A stretch of 63,626 bases of DNA, counting the filler. It is 4 parts of 4 records of this genome, joined end to end, with 100 filler letters (N's around TTAATTAATTAA, not from the genome) between each part and the next. Parts side by side here need not be neighbours in the genome. Positions count along the whole stretch, not along the records: positions 1 to 16,410 come from SRR22947725_2443; 3 more parts are not named here. One strand, written 5' to 3'. The notes below the pieces were generated by a model that saw nothing but the letters and a program-made list of their open reading frames with translations, did not search any database and was not told the DNA's origin. Positions 1 through 10,113 of the stretch are shown here, piece after piece. Both the position numbers and the translations under genes were made by a program. Each line of letters begins with the position of its first letter. Positions within the stretch are counted from its first letter, which is position 1.

Positions 1-863
1 CCATCTCCTAAATCCCAAGAATCTAAATGTCCTCCTACTAAAATAATTTCATTTGGATATTCAGATCCCTTTAATTCAGCAATAACATTGTAAGATTTGA
101 CATCTTTATATGTTTTACATTGTTGCCTTAAAAGAAACTTTAGGTTTGGATTGATTTTTAACAGTTTACTTAATTTTTCAGCAGCATTTGTACTTATTGC
201 AGCTGCAGGGATACGTTTACTTGATGGTAGGTTTCCATAGCTCATTGTACCAGTATGTGGAATGTCATCTAATCTTAAACTCATAGATCTAACAATCACT
301 CCAATAGCTCCATATTTAATCGCTTCTAAAGCACCATTTACTCTTTGATCAACAGCTTCACCATAAGCTTGAAAAGTACTAACAAGATTTGGTTGCATCG
401 GTCTATTAAAAAAAACTATTTTACCATCAATCTCTTTTTTACCTAATAATTCTAGTTCCTCAAAATTTGTAACTTCAACTACGTTAGATTTAATACCCAC
501 TGAAGGTGTAGCTACTGACCCTCCCAATGCACACACATCCACATTAAATGTAATCCCAGGTTGGGTTTCAATTAAGGCAAATTCCTTTGGACCTCTAACC
601 CATTTAGGAACCATAACCTCTTGTAACCAAACTTTATCAAACCCTATTTTAGATAATTCACTTCTACCCCATTCAACTGCTCTTTCTGCACCTAATGAAC
701 CTGATAATCTATGTCCTATCTCATTTGACAAAAAATCCAATAATTCATAGCTAGAACTAGAAGTCATTGTAGTATCAAAAATATTTTTAATGACAGCTTT
801 GTCATCTTGAGAAAAAGTAAAAAAAGAAAATAATAATAAGTATATAGAAATAAAAAGCTTCAT
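1..863 (-). CDS. M28-family peptidase (carboxypeptidase Q-like), secreted; 3' end runs off window
   Basis: Not in ORF track. Manual translation from ATG at 863: MKLFISIYLLLFSFFTFSQ signal peptide, IGHRLSGS, PA-like domain, and NVIAE...VGGHLDSWDLGDG zinc-ligand motif at window edge. Confidence 0.85.
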   Translation of the reverse strand, partial: MKLFISIYLLLFSFFTFSQDDKAVIKNIFDTTMTSSSSYELLDFLSNEIGHRLSGSLGAERAVEWGRSELSKIGFDKVWLQEVMVPKWVRGPKEFALIETQPGITFNVDVCALGGSVATPSVGIKSNVVEVTNFEELELLGKKEIDGKIVFFNRPMQPNLVSTFQAYGEAVDQRVNGALEAIKYGAIGVIVRSMSLRLDDIPHTGTMSYGNLPSSKRIPAAAISTNAAEKLSKLLKINPNLKFLLRQQCKTYKDVKSYNVIAELKGSEYPNEIILVGGHLDSWDLGD

Positions 864-867
864 TTAA

Positions 868-2031
868 TTATTTATTTGAATATTTAACAACATCATTTTT
901 TGTAATTTTATTTTTATCAGACAGAATAATTAACCTTTCAATAACATTTCTTAATTCTCTTACATTTCCTGACCAATTAAATTCTTTTAATTTATTAACT
1001 GCCTCCTTATCCATTGTTTTTATGTCAGCACCAGAATCTTTAGAAATATCTTTTAAGAAATGCTCAACTAACAATGGAATATCAGAAACTCTGTCGTTTA
1101 AAGAGGGGACATTAACTTCTATTACAGCTAAACGATGAAAAAGATCTTCTCTAAAATTGTTATTTTCAATTTCAGATCGTAGTTTTTTATTAGTTGCAGC
1201 AATTACCCTAACATCAACAATTAAATCTCTTTCACTTCCAACTCTTTGAATTTTATGTTCTTGTAAGGCTCTTAAAACCTTAGATTGAGCTGACATACTC
1301 ATATCTCCAATTTCATCAAGAAATATTGTACCACCATTGGCAGCTTCAAATTTACCAGCTTTATCTTTAACTGCTGAGGTAAAGGCACCCTTAACATGGC
1401 CAAATAATTCACTTTCAATTAGTTCTGAGGGAATGGCAGCACAGTTAACTTCAATAAAAGGTGCAGAATTCCTTAAACTATTCATATGTATTTGATGAGC
1501 AACTAATTCTTTTCCAGAACCGTTAGGACCTTGAATTAAAACTTTTGCATTTGTTAAAGCTACCTTGTTTATCATCGCTTTAATTTCTAAAATAGGATGA
1601 GATTCACCTATAATATTATATTCATTTGATTTATTAGATTTAACCATTCCTTTTTTAATAAAATTATTATTCAAAAGGGCTGACCTAACAGAATTTAATA
1701 ATCTGTTTAAATCTGGTGGTTTAGAAATATAATCGAAAGCTCCTATTCTCATGGATTCAACAGCAGTTTCCAGATCACCATGTCCAGAAATCATTATTGT
1801 TGGCGTGTTTGGACATTCTTTAAGTACATGTCTTAATACTTCAATACCATCTTTTTTAGGCATTTTAATATCACATAAAATCAAATCAAATTTATTAGAA
1901 TTTATTTTTGAAACACCATCAACACCATCAACTGCTTCAATAATTTCATAATTCTTATCTTCTTGATGTAATACTTTTTTAAGAACTCTTCTAATAGTTT
2001 CTTCGTCTTCAATTATTAATATTTTTGGCAT
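868..2031 (-). CDS. Sigma-54-dependent response regulator (REC + AAA+, NtrC/NtrX-like), no C-terminal HTH
   Basis: REC domain (IIEDE, CDIKMP), Walker [22 protein letters not shown] loop, FLDEIG, NVREL. Confidence 0.92.
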   Translation of the reverse strand: MPKILIIEDEETIRRVLKKVLHQEDKNYEIIEAVDGVDGVSKINSNKFDLILCDIKMPKKDGIEVLRHVLKECPNTPTIMISGHGDLETAVESMRIGAFDYISKPPDLNRLLNSVRSALLNNNFIKKGMVKSNKSNEYNIIGESHPILEIKAMINKVALTNAKVLIQGPNGSGKELVAHQIHMNSLRNSAPFIEVNCAAIPSELIESELFGHVKGAFTSAVKDKAGKFEAANGGTIFLDEIGDMSMSAQSKVLRALQEHKIQRVGSERDLIVDVRVIAATNKKLRSEIENNNFREDLFHRLAVIEVNVPSLNDRVSDIPLLVEHFLKDISKDSGADIKTMDKEAVNKLKEFNWSGNVRELRNVIERLIILSDKNKITKNDVVKYSNK

Positions 2032-2034
2032 ATT

Positions 2035-2856
2035 TTATTTTTGTAAGTGAACAACTCTTTGAGGAAATGGTATGTTAATATTATTTTCTTTAAACCTTTT
2101 ATAAACTAAAAATCTTATATCACTTTCAATAAGATTTACTCTAAAACCATTATTATAAGTGAAAATTAATTGAAAATCTAATGAGTTGTCTCCAAAATTT
2201 TTAAAAATAACATTTGGTGTAGGATTTTTCATTAGATGTGGATGAGAATCAGCAATTTCTAATAGTATTTCTTTTACTTTTTCAACATCTGAATTATAAT
2301 CAACACCAACAGAGACGGAGCCTCTTAAAACAGTTCCATTCTCTGTCCAATTGAATAATGTTGATGTTAAATATTTATGATTAGGAATAATTAAAACTTT
2401 ATTATCAAAAGTAACTGCTCTTGTGGTTCTAATTTTTATGTTTTCCACCCTCCCAATTTTTCCATCAATTTCAATAATATCACCAACATGAACAGTCTGA
2501 TCAGCTAAAATTAAAATACCAGATATTATGTCTTGAAAAAAAGTTTGAAGTGCTAGACCAATACCTATAAAAAGTGCAGCTGATGCAGCAAATATTCCAG
2601 TAAGTTCAATTCCAAAATTTTGAAAAGTAATTAAAGCAACAACTACATAAACAAAATAATTTAAAAATGAAAAAACAGATTTAAATTTTAATTTTCTTTC
2701 TTCGTCAAGTTTTTTTGTCGCTATCTTTTTTACAACTTTTAATAAAAAATAAGTTAAAAGAAAAATCATTGTAACAAAAAGAATTGATACAATAGAGAAC
2801 TTTATACTATCAGTTATAAAGTATTCTTTATTAAGAAAATCAATAAACTTATTCAT
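2035..2856 (-). CDS. mscS: Small-conductance mechanosensitive channel MscS family
   Basis: N-terminal TM helices, GIGLALQ, VGDIIEI, IIPN, NINIPFPQR. Confidence 0.9.
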   Translation of the reverse strand: MNKFIDFLNKEYFITDSIKFSIVSILFVTMIFLLTYFLLKVVKKIATKKLDEERKLKFKSVFSFLNYFVYVVVALITFQNFGIELTGIFAASAALFIGIGLALQTFFQDIISGILILADQTVHVGDIIEIDGKIGRVENIKIRTTRAVTFDNKVLIIPNHKYLTSTLFNWTENGTVLRGSVSVGVDYNSDVEKVKEILLEIADSHPHLMKNPTPNVIFKNFGDNSLDFQLIFTYNNGFRVNLIESDIRFLVYKRFKENNINIPFPQRVVHLQK

Positions 2857-2935
2857 TAGAAAATATTTTTTTAAATATAATCAAATTGAATATAAAATTG
2901 GGAGTATAAAATATAAAGTTAAATGGCTTTAATTG

Positions 2936-4051
2936 TTAAGAAAACATGTCCTTAACTTTTTCAAAAAACGATTTTTCTCCCTTCTCTGGAGATGGGATAA
3001 AGTTTTCATTTTCTTTCATTTGATTAAAAAATAATCTTTGTTCTTTATTTAAAGTTTTGGGCGTCCAAACATTAACATGAACAAGCAAATCTCCATTACC
3101 ATAAGAGTTAATACTACTCAATCCTTTTCCTCTGAGTCTTAGTATTTTTCCAGATTGAATACCAGATTCTAATTTAATTCTTACGTTTCCTGTTACAGTT
3201 TCAATTTCTTTTGAAACTCCTAAAACAGCTTCTGAAATACTGATATATAAGTCAAAATGAAGATTATTACCTTCTCTTTTTAAAGTCTCATGCTCTTTTT
3301 CACTTATTAAAACAATTAAATCTCCAGCAATACCATTTCCGGCTGAATCATTACCTTTTCCTGAAACTTTTAATTGCATGCCATCTTCAACTCCTGCAGG
3401 AATTTTAACTAATACTGTTTCCTCACTTAGAATTAAACCATTGGAATCAGCATTTGAGGGTCTATTTGAAACTACTTGCCCAGAGCCGCCGCAACTTGGA
3501 CATGTTGTAGATGATTGCATTCGACCCAAAATTGTATTTGTTATTCTAGTTACTTGACCAGTACCATTACATGTACTACAAGTTTTGTAAGTGACGCCAT
3601 CAGCTTTAATTTTTCTCTTGACCTTAATCTTTTTTTCAACTCCTAAAACAACTTCACTAAGTTCGAGCTGAACTCTTATTCTTAAATTGCTTCCTTTTGA
3701 AACTCTTGAACCTCCACCTCCAAAACCTCCAAAACCACTACCTCCTCCAAATGCACTACCAAAAATATCACCAAATTGACTAAAAATATCATCCATGTTC
3801 ATTCCCGCTCCACCAAAACCTCCTGTACCATCAAAAGCAGAATGACCAAATTGATCGTATTTAGTTCTTTTGTCTTTATTTCCTAAAACCTCGTAAGCTT
3901 CAGCTGCCTTTTTAAAATTTTCTTCAGCTTGAGAATCTCCAGGATTTTTATCAGGATGATATTTAATTGCTTTTTTTCTGTATGCTTTTTTAATTTCGCT
4001 TTCAGAGGCTGATTTACTAACACCAAGAATTTCGTAAAAATCTTCTTTCAT
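2936..4051 (-). CDS. dnaJ: Chaperone DnaJ
   Basis: J-domain with HPD, G/F-rich region, two CxxCxGxG repeats, C-terminal domain; follows grpE. Confidence 0.97.
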   Translation of the reverse strand: MKEDFYEILGVSKSASESEIKKAYRKKAIKYHPDKNPGDSQAEENFKKAAEAYEVLGNKDKRTKYDQFGHSAFDGTGGFGGAGMNMDDIFSQFGDIFGSAFGGGSGFGGFGGGGSRVSKGSNLRIRVQLELSEVVLGVEKKIKVKRKIKADGVTYKTCSTCNGTGQVTRITNTILGRMQSSTTCPSCGGSGQVVSNRPSNADSNGLILSEETVLVKIPAGVEDGMQLKVSGKGNDSAGNGIAGDLIVLISEKEHETLKREGNNLHFDLYISISEAVLGVSKEIETVTGNVRIKLESGIQSGKILRLRGKGLSSINSYGNGDLLVHVNVWTPKTLNKEQRLFFNQMKENENFIPSPEKGEKSFFEKVKDMFS

Positions 4052-4061
4052 ATTTAACTAA

Positions 4062-4556
4062 TTAGTTTCCAACTACAACTTTAGGGTATCTAATAATTTT
4101 GTCTCCAAGTTTATATCCAGATTCAATTACATCAATAATTTTGCCTTTCATTTTATCGTTTTCAGCGGGAATTTGTGTAATAGCCTCATGAATTTCAGCA
4201 TCAAAATCATCTCCATTATTAACATCTATTAAAATTAATCCTTGAGATTTTAAAACATCAGAAAATTTATTTTTAATTAATGACATACCCTCAATTAAGC
4301 TTTTTTCTTTTGATTTTTCGAATTCTTTAGAAGCTCTATTTAAATCGTCAACAATTGGAAGAAGAGCAGTCATTAATTCTTGAGAAGCAGTTTTATATAA
4401 ATCTAAACGTTCTTTAGAAGTTCTTTTCTTATAATTCTCAAATTCAGCAAATAAACGCAAAAATTTATCTTTTTCATCTTTTACAGAAACTTCAAGTGTT
4501 TCTATCTGAGATTTGAGTGTTGGTTTTTTTGGTGATTTGGTTTTTGAACTACTCAT
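4062..4556 (-). CDS. grpE: Nucleotide exchange factor GrpE
   Basis: AEFENYKKR, FDAEIHEAI, GYKLGDKIIRYPKVVVG. Confidence 0.96.
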   Translation of the reverse strand: MSSSKTKSPKKPTLKSQIETLEVSVKDEKDKFLRLFAEFENYKKRTSKERLDLYKTASQELMTALLPIVDDLNRASKEFEKSKEKSLIEGMSLIKNKFSDVLKSQGLILIDVNNGDDFDAEIHEAITQIPAENDKMKGKIIDVIESGYKLGDKIIRYPKVVVGN

Positions 4557-4577
4557 TTTTAATATTTGTATATAAGG

Positions 4578-4594
4578 TGCAAAAGTACTGCCAA
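4578..4594 (-). promoter_or_regulatory. Sigma-54 (-24/-12) promoter of grpE-dnaJ overlapping a Bacteroidetes -7 box
   Basis: Minus strand reads TTGGCAGTACTTTTGCA: GG-N10-GC spacing exact; also contains TACTTTTG (TAnnTTTG). Confidence 0.65.
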
Positions 4595-4624
4595 TTTTAA
4601 ATAGTTTGTCAAAATGTCATCAAA

Positions 4625-5530
4625 TTATTTTAATAAATTATTTAGTGCAGAAGAAATTGATTTATATTGAAAATTAAATCCTTCGACTATAATTTTTTTA
4701 GAGGATACATTTTGACTAAACAAAAATAATTCTGACATAGAACCAGTTATTATTTTAATTAAAAACGAAGGAATTGGTGGAATTAATATTTTTTTATTTA
4801 AAACTTTACTAATTTCCAAAGTAAACAACTTACTTGAAATTGGATTTGGAGCAACCAAATTATAAATACCAGTTTTATTATTGTTCAATAAAAACAAAAT
4901 TGAATCAACTAAGTCATCTATATGAATCCAAGAATATATATTAGCTCCATTACCAAACCATGTGCCTAAAAAATACTTAACCGATAGTGCAATTGGTTTT
5001 AGCAATCCACCATTTAACGACAATACTAATCCTATTCTCAAAATTGTTACATTTATTTTTTGTTCTTTTAACTTTTTACACGATGTTTCCCATTTACTAA
5101 CAGTATTACCTAGAAAAGAATTTGATGTGTTTCGAGATGATTCACTATGAGTATATGAATTGTCCGATTTATAAATCCCAATTGCAGATGCGCAAAAAAA
5201 ATGATCAATTTTTGATTTTTTTTCTAATATAATTTGATATAATAATTTAACAGAGTTAGTTCTGCTTAAAAGAATTGATTTTTTTGACGATTTTGTCCAA
5301 AGTTGAGCAATAGGAGAGCCGGCAAGATTAATGATTATATGAACTCCATTAATACAGTTTGAATCAATTTTATTTAATTCAGGATTCCAATAAAATTTAT
5401 TAATATTCTTATTTGAAGATTTTAAATTCTTATTTGTTGTCAAAATATTAATAGACGCATTTTGTTCTAATAATTTATTAACTAATTTTTTTCCAATTAA
5501 CCCGCTAGCTCCAGTAATTAAATATTTCAT
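4625..5530 (-). CDS. TIGR01777-family NAD-dependent epimerase/oxidoreductase
   Basis: ITGASGLIG, IINLAG, ASAIGIY, LRIGLVL, SWIHIDD; start moved to MKYLITG (ATG 5530). Confidence 0.88.
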   Translation of the reverse strand: MKYLITGASGLIGKKLVNKLLEQNASINILTTNKNLKSSNKNINKFYWNPELNKIDSNCINGVHIIINLAGSPIAQLWTKSSKKSILLSRTNSVKLLYQIILEKKSKIDHFFCASAIGIYKSDNSYTHSESSRNTSNSFLGNTVSKWETSCKKLKEQKINVTILRIGLVLSLNGGLLKPIALSVKYFLGTWFGNGANIYSWIHIDDLVDSILFLLNNNKTGIYNLVAPNPISSKLFTLEISKVLNKKILIPPIPSFLIKIITGSMSELFLFSQNVSSKKIIVEGFNFQYKSISSALNNLLK

Positions 5531-5552
5531 TCTTAATATCAATAATATTATT

Positions 5553-5573
5553 CAAAGTTAATTTGTAATTTTG
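5553..5573. promoter_or_regulatory. Back-to-back Bacteroidetes -7 boxes for the divergent TIGR01777 gene and ilvE
   Basis: CAAAGTTA at 5553-5560 (minus TAACTTTG) and TAATTTTG at 5566-5573 match TAnnTTTG. Confidence 0.6.
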
Positions 5574-5592
5574 CTAAATACAATTGATTCAT

Positions 5593-6636
5593 ATGAAAAT
5601 TAATAAAATAAAAGTCTCTAAAATTAATCAAATTGATTTCGATAATTTAGATTTTGGATCTGTATTTACCGATCATATGTTTACTTGTGATTATATAAAT
5701 GGAGAGTGGGTGGATGCGCAAATATGTCCTTACGAACCAATAACTATTAGTCCATCTGCCAGAGTTTTTCATTACGGCCAAGCATGCTTTGAAGGCATGA
5801 AAGCATTTAAAGACAATAATAATAAAACATGGCTATTTAGACCAAATGATAATTATGAGCGAATTATAAAATCGTCTGTAAGATTAGCAATGCCTGAATT
5901 TCCAAAAGAATTGTTTTTTGAGAGTCTTAATAAATTATTGGAACTCGATAACAATTGGATAAAACCTGGTTTAGGGAATTCCTTATACATTAGGCCGTTT
6001 ATTTTTGCAAGCGAAGACAGTATCAATGCAACTGAAGCAAATCAATATAAATTTATGATCATATGCGCTCCAGCTAGTTCATATTACTCTGGAGATGTTA
6101 GAGTTAAAATTGAGAAGTCTTATAGCCGAGCAGCTAAAGGTGGTGTTGGCTATGCAAAAGCAGCTGGTAATTATGCTGCGCAGTTCTACCCAACAATTTT
6201 AGCGAAAAATCAAGGTTATCAACAAATTATTTGGACTGATTCGTCAACTCATGAATATATTGAAGAAGCTGGTACTATGAATTTATTTTTTAGAATTGAA
6301 GACAAATTAATAACGGCTCCAACTAGCGACAGTATTCTTGACGGAATCACAAGAAAAAGTTTAATTAAAATTGCAAAAGACTTGGGGATTGATATTGAGG
6401 TTAGACCTTTAAAAGTTAATGAAATTTTGAAAGCTGCAAAAAATAATAGTTTGAAGGAAATATTTGGAAGCGGAACTGCAGTAGTAGTTTTACCAATATG
6501 TGGTTTTGGATATGAAAACGAAAAATTCGAATTAACAAAAATTGAAAACCCTTGGAGTGCTTTGTTCAAGAAAAAACTTAATGATATTCAATATAATTTA
6601 TCCGAAGATCCTTATGGATGGAGGATAAAACCTTAA
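5593..6636 (+). CDS. ilvE: Branched-chain amino acid aminotransferase
   Basis: FHYGQACFEGMKA, LYIRPF, AKAAGNY (PLP lysine), EEAGTMN, ILDGITRKS, GSGTA. Confidence 0.95.
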   Translation: MKINKIKVSKINQIDFDNLDFGSVFTDHMFTCDYINGEWVDAQICPYEPITISPSARVFHYGQACFEGMKAFKDNNNKTWLFRPNDNYERIIKSSVRLAMPEFPKELFFESLNKLLELDNNWIKPGLGNSLYIRPFIFASEDSINATEANQYKFMIICAPASSYYSGDVRVKIEKSYSRAAKGGVGYAKAAGNYAAQFYPTILAKNQGYQQIIWTDSSTHEYIEEAGTMNLFFRIEDKLITAPTSDSILDGITRKSLIKIAKDLGIDIEVRPLKVNEILKAAKNNSLKEIFGSGTAVVVLPICGFGYENEKFELTKIENPWSALFKKKLNDIQYNLSEDPYGWRIKP

Positions 6637-7016
6637 TTTAAAACTTTTGAAATATCAGGTTTAAAATAATTAGGTCCTTTCATGACTTTACCATCTTTCC
6701 TGTAAATTGGTTTTCCATTTTTTCCTAATTTACTTAGGTTACTCTTTTGTATTTCATCAAAAACTTCTTCAATTTTATCTTGCATACCGTGTTCTATAAT
6801 AGTTCCACACAAAATATACAGCATATCACCTAATGCATCGGCAACTTCAATTAAATCATTGTTTTTTGCAGCATCCAAGTATTCTTTATTCTCTTCATCC
6901 ATTAAATTAAATCTCAGTTCAATTTTATCGGAACCAATATTAGTTGTAGGAGATTCTTTATAATTGAGTTTATAAACTTCATGGAATATTTTAACTGCTT
7001 CTAATTGATGTTTCAT
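6633..7016 (-). CDS. MazG-like/PRA-PH nucleoside triphosphate pyrophosphohydrolase
   Basis: LMDEENKEY, EVADALGDMLY, SNLSKL, DGKVMKGPNY. Confidence 0.85.
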   Translation of the reverse strand: MKHQLEAVKIFHEVYKLNYKESPTTNIGSDKIELRFNLMDEENKEYLDAAKNNDLIEVADALGDMLYILCGTIIEHGMQDKIEEVFDEIQKSNLSKLGKNGKPIYRKDGKVMKGPNYFKPDISKVLN

Positions 7017-7055
7017 ATTATATTTAATATTATTTTTACTTAAAAATAGTTAAAT

Positions 7056-7244
7056 ATGTTCAGCACTGGTCAATTAGTTTTTGCAATTTTATTTTTTATT
7101 TCGTTTTTGGCAATTGTAACTATTAGCTACAAAAAAGATTTAAAAGGACTTAAGGGATCATACAGTGGAATCAGATGGGTAATAATAGGATTTATTTGTT
7201 TTGTTTCACTATTAGTTATTTTAAAAAAACTTAGTGTGTCATGA
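7056..7244 (+). CDS. Small two-TM membrane protein
   Basis: 62 aa, two hydrophobic segments, MFSTGQLVFA N-terminus; ATGA overlap with crcB. Confidence 0.7.
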   Translation: MFSTGQLVFAILFFISFLAIVTISYKKDLKGLKGSYSGIRWVIIGFICFVSLLVILKKLSVS

Positions 7245-7606
7245 AACAATTAGTGTTGGTTTTTATAGGGGGAGGCTTGGGAAGTGTTGTTAGATACCTT
7301 ATTTCATACATTTCTGTATTTAGTAATTTTAAATTACCTATTAACACTTTTTTTTCTAACATTTTAGGGTGTTTAATAGTTGGCTTAATAATGGGGTGGG
7401 CTATAAAAAATAATCAAATGAATTCTCCACAAATAATTTTGTTTGCAACAGGATTTTGTGGTGGATTAACTACTTTCTCGTCATTCGCTTATGAAAATGT
7501 TAATTTAATTAAATCTGGTGACATAAGTACATTCTTAATCTACACTTTAGTTTCAATTGTAATAGGTTTTAGCTCTATTTTAATAGGAATTCAATTAGCA
7601 AAATAA
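7241..7606 (+). CDS. crcB: Fluoride channel Fluc/CrcB
   Basis: GGGLGSVVRY, NILGC, GFCGGLTTFSSF. Confidence 0.95.
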   Translation: MKQLVLVFIGGGLGSVVRYLISYISVFSNFKLPINTFFSNILGCLIVGLIMGWAIKNNQMNSPQIILFATGFCGGLTTFSSFAYENVNLIKSGDISTFLIYTLVSIVIGFSSILIGIQLAK

Positions 7607-7751
7607 GTTTTGTCAATTTTAAAATTGATCAATTTGATAATTTAAGGTTATCATAATTATCATATATTAATTTTTAACATTTCGAAATTACTTTATTCGT
7701 AAAAATAATAGCATATAGTTTATTTTACATAAGAATTATTAGGTCTTTTGT

Positions 7752-7759
7752 TAGTTTTG
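7752..7759 (+). promoter_or_regulatory. Bacteroidetes -7 promoter box upstream of porin-glnK-amtB
   Basis: TAGTTTTG about 47 nt before ATG 7807. Confidence 0.5.
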
Positions 7760-7806
7760 ATGAAAATTATTTAACAAATTTAAAAATTAACTTAAAAATT
7801 ACTATT

Positions 7807-8469
7807 ATGAATTTAAAAAAACAATCATTTAAACTTAGTTCAATCATTCTTGTTGCTATCTGCTTTTTTACATTGAATGAATCTAAAGCACAAGACTTAG
7901 GTGCAGATTTAGTCAGCTCATATGTATGGAGAGGAACTCAATTCGGTTCTGGAGCACATATCCAGCCATGGGTATCATTGAGCACAGGAGATTTGGAAGT
8001 TGGAGCGTGGGGAAGTTTTCCAACAACAGCACTTGGAGGAGGAAATGAACTAGATTTATATGCAAGCTACTCTTTTGGAAAATTTGGTTTAACTCTAACA
8101 AATTACTCATTTCCTGGTGAAGGCGGTGCTTATGCTGATGGAGAAGGACTTTTTGAAGGAGATTATTTAGAAATTTCTGGTTCTGCAGAATTAGGTCCAA
8201 TCAATCTTTTAGTAGGTTACTTTACAGAAGTTGAAGCTTTATATATTGAAGCTGCTTTTTCAGCAGGCCCTGTAGATGTAGCAATTGGATACGGAGACGA
8301 TTCTAAAGACGCTTGGTACGTTAACGGAGGAAGTGGATTATGCAACATTTCTCTGGGTGGTTCTAAAGACGTTAAAATAACAGAAGATTATACATTACCA
8401 CTATTTGGATCGTTCGTTTATAATCCAGATTCTGAAGCTGCATTTTTAGTATTTGGAGCAAGTTTCTAA
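7807..8469 (+). CDS. Putative outer-membrane beta-barrel porin (TorF/TIGR02001-like)
   Basis: Signal peptide, GADLVSSYVWRG, ELDLYASY, alternating beta-strand pattern, C-terminal Phe; precedes glnK-amtB. Confidence 0.7.
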   Translation: MNLKKQSFKLSSIILVAICFFTLNESKAQDLGADLVSSYVWRGTQFGSGAHIQPWVSLSTGDLEVGAWGSFPTTALGGGNELDLYASYSFGKFGLTLTNYSFPGEGGAYADGEGLFEGDYLEISGSAELGPINLLVGYFTEVEALYIEAAFSAGPVDVAIGYGDDSKDAWYVNGGSGLCNISLGGSKDVKITEDYTLPLFGSFVYNPDSEAAFLVFGASF

Positions 8470-8491
8470 TTAATATAAAAATTAAATAAAT

Positions 8492-8830
8492 ATGAAAAAA
8501 ATTGAAGCAATTATTAGAAAATCAAGTTTTTCTAATGTAAAAAAAGCTTTACACTCAGTTGAAGTTAATTTCTTTACTTACTGGGATGTAACAGGTGTCG
8601 GAAATGAAAAAGAAGGACATGTTTACAGAGGGGTTACTTACAGTACTGCAGATATACAAAGAAGGTACTTATCAATTATAGTCTCTGATGAATTTGTTGA
8701 AAGAACAATTAATTCAATTCTTGAGTCAGCCTACACAGGTGAAGTAGGAGATGGAAAAATCTTTGTCTTTCCAGCTGAAGAAGCATACAGAATTAGAACA
8801 AAAGAAACTGGTAAAACATCATTAAACTAA
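8492..8830 (+). CDS. glnK: P-II nitrogen regulatory protein
   Basis: MKKIEAIIR, T-loop YRGVTY, TGEVGDGKIFV, RIRT; adjacent to amtB. Confidence 0.93.
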   Translation: MKKIEAIIRKSSFSNVKKALHSVEVNFFTYWDVTGVGNEKEGHVYRGVTYSTADIQRRYLSIIVSDEFVERTINSILESAYTGEVGDGKIFVFPAEEAYRIRTKETGKTSLN

Positions 8831-8837
8831 AATTATT

Positions 8838-10079
8838 ATGGAACTATTAACATCAAATAACGTATGGATGATGATCTGTACAGCACTAGTATTTTTTATG
8901 CATTTAGGATTTTCATTTCTAGAAATTGGACTTACTAGACAAAAAAACACTATTAATATATTATTTAAAAATTTCTTTGTTATAACTATGGGACTACTAG
9001 TTTATTGTGGTTTTGGATTTAATTTAATGTATCCAGGTGAATTTGGAATCATTGAAGGAGTTTTAGGATTTGCAGGGTTTGGATTGGATCCTGGAATTGA
9101 TTATGATCAATTAACTTACGCAGGAGGTGGATATACGTATTGGACAGATTTTCTTTTTCAAGGAATGTTTGCTGCAACAGCAGCAACTATTATATCTGGA
9201 GCAGTTGCTGAAAGAATTAAAATTGGTTCTTTTATGCTTTTAGCTTTCCTATATGTTTCAATAGTATACCCAATTGTTGGTTCTTGGCAATGGGGAGGAG
9301 GTTTTTTTAGCACATTTATTTCTGAAGACTTAGGTTTTTATGACTTTGCAGGTTCTACATTAGTTCATTCTGTTGGAGGATGGGGAGCTTTAGTTGTAAT
9401 TTTCTTTTTAGGTGCAAGAAAAGGAAAATTTGATTCTGATGGAAAACCACTTGCAATACCAGGCTCAAACTTACCTTTATCGGCAGCTGGAGTTTTAATT
9501 TTATGGTTAGGATGGTTTGGTTTTAATGGTGGTTCTGTATTATCTGCAGATCCAGCTCTTACATCATTAACATTAGTTACAACTTGTTTAGCTGCAGCTG
9601 CAGGTGGAATTGGCGCTGCTGTTTTATCAGGTATTTTATATAAGAATTTAGATCTAACTATGTTTATGAATGGAGTTCTTGGAGGTCTTGTTGGAATTAC
9701 AGCTGGAGCAGATCAAATGCTTCCACATACTGCAATATTAATTGGTTTAATAGCAGGTGGAATTGTTGTTCTCTCAGTTGCATTATTAGATAAATGTAAA
9801 CTAGATGATCCAGTTGGAGCAATTCCAGTACACTTATTTTGTGGAATTTGGGGAACTTTAGCTGTTGGATTATTTGGTGAATTAGCTGGATTTGATCAAT
9901 TCATGGTACAATTAGCGTGTGTAGGTATCACTGGTGTTTTCTGTGTGATAGGTGGAACAGTTATTACTTTAATTGTAAAATCAATAGCAGGTTTAAGAGT
10001 AGACGAAAAAGAAGAAGAAGATGGTTTAGACATAGCAGAGCATGGAACCAGAGCTTACGGAGATTTTTCAATAAACTAA
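8838..10079 (+). CDS. amtB: Ammonium transporter
   Basis: FQGMFA, SGAVAER, DFAGSTLVH, GWFGFNGGS, DDPVGAIPVH (twin His). Confidence 0.97.
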   Translation: MELLTSNNVWMMICTALVFFMHLGFSFLEIGLTRQKNTINILFKNFFVITMGLLVYCGFGFNLMYPGEFGIIEGVLGFAGFGLDPGIDYDQLTYAGGGYTYWTDFLFQGMFAATAATIISGAVAERIKIGSFMLLAFLYVSIVYPIVGSWQWGGGFFSTFISEDLGFYDFAGSTLVHSVGGWGALVVIFFLGARKGKFDSDGKPLAIPGSNLPLSAAGVLILWLGWFGFNGGSVLSADPALTSLTLVTTCLAAAAGGIGAAVLSGILYKNLDLTMFMNGVLGGLVGITAGADQMLPHTAILIGLIAGGIVVLSVALLDKCKLDDPVGAIPVHLFCGIWGTLAVGLFGELAGFDQFMVQLACVGITGVFCVIGGTVITLIVKSIAGLRVDEKEEEDGLDIAEHGTRAYGDFSIN

Positions 10080-10113
10080 TTATTTATAACTATTTTCATG
10101 AAAAATTAGTATC

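Noticed and set aside
7017-7055. Fluoride riboswitch upstream of crcB
   Set aside because: Only a short AT-rich gap; no GGCGATGG-like core
7613-7635. Overlapping palindromes TCAATTTTAAAATTGA and AAATTGATCAATTT upstream of the nitrogen cluster
   Set aside because: Almost all A/T in a very AT-rich gap, and no matching copy seen upstream of glnII, so not supportable as an operator
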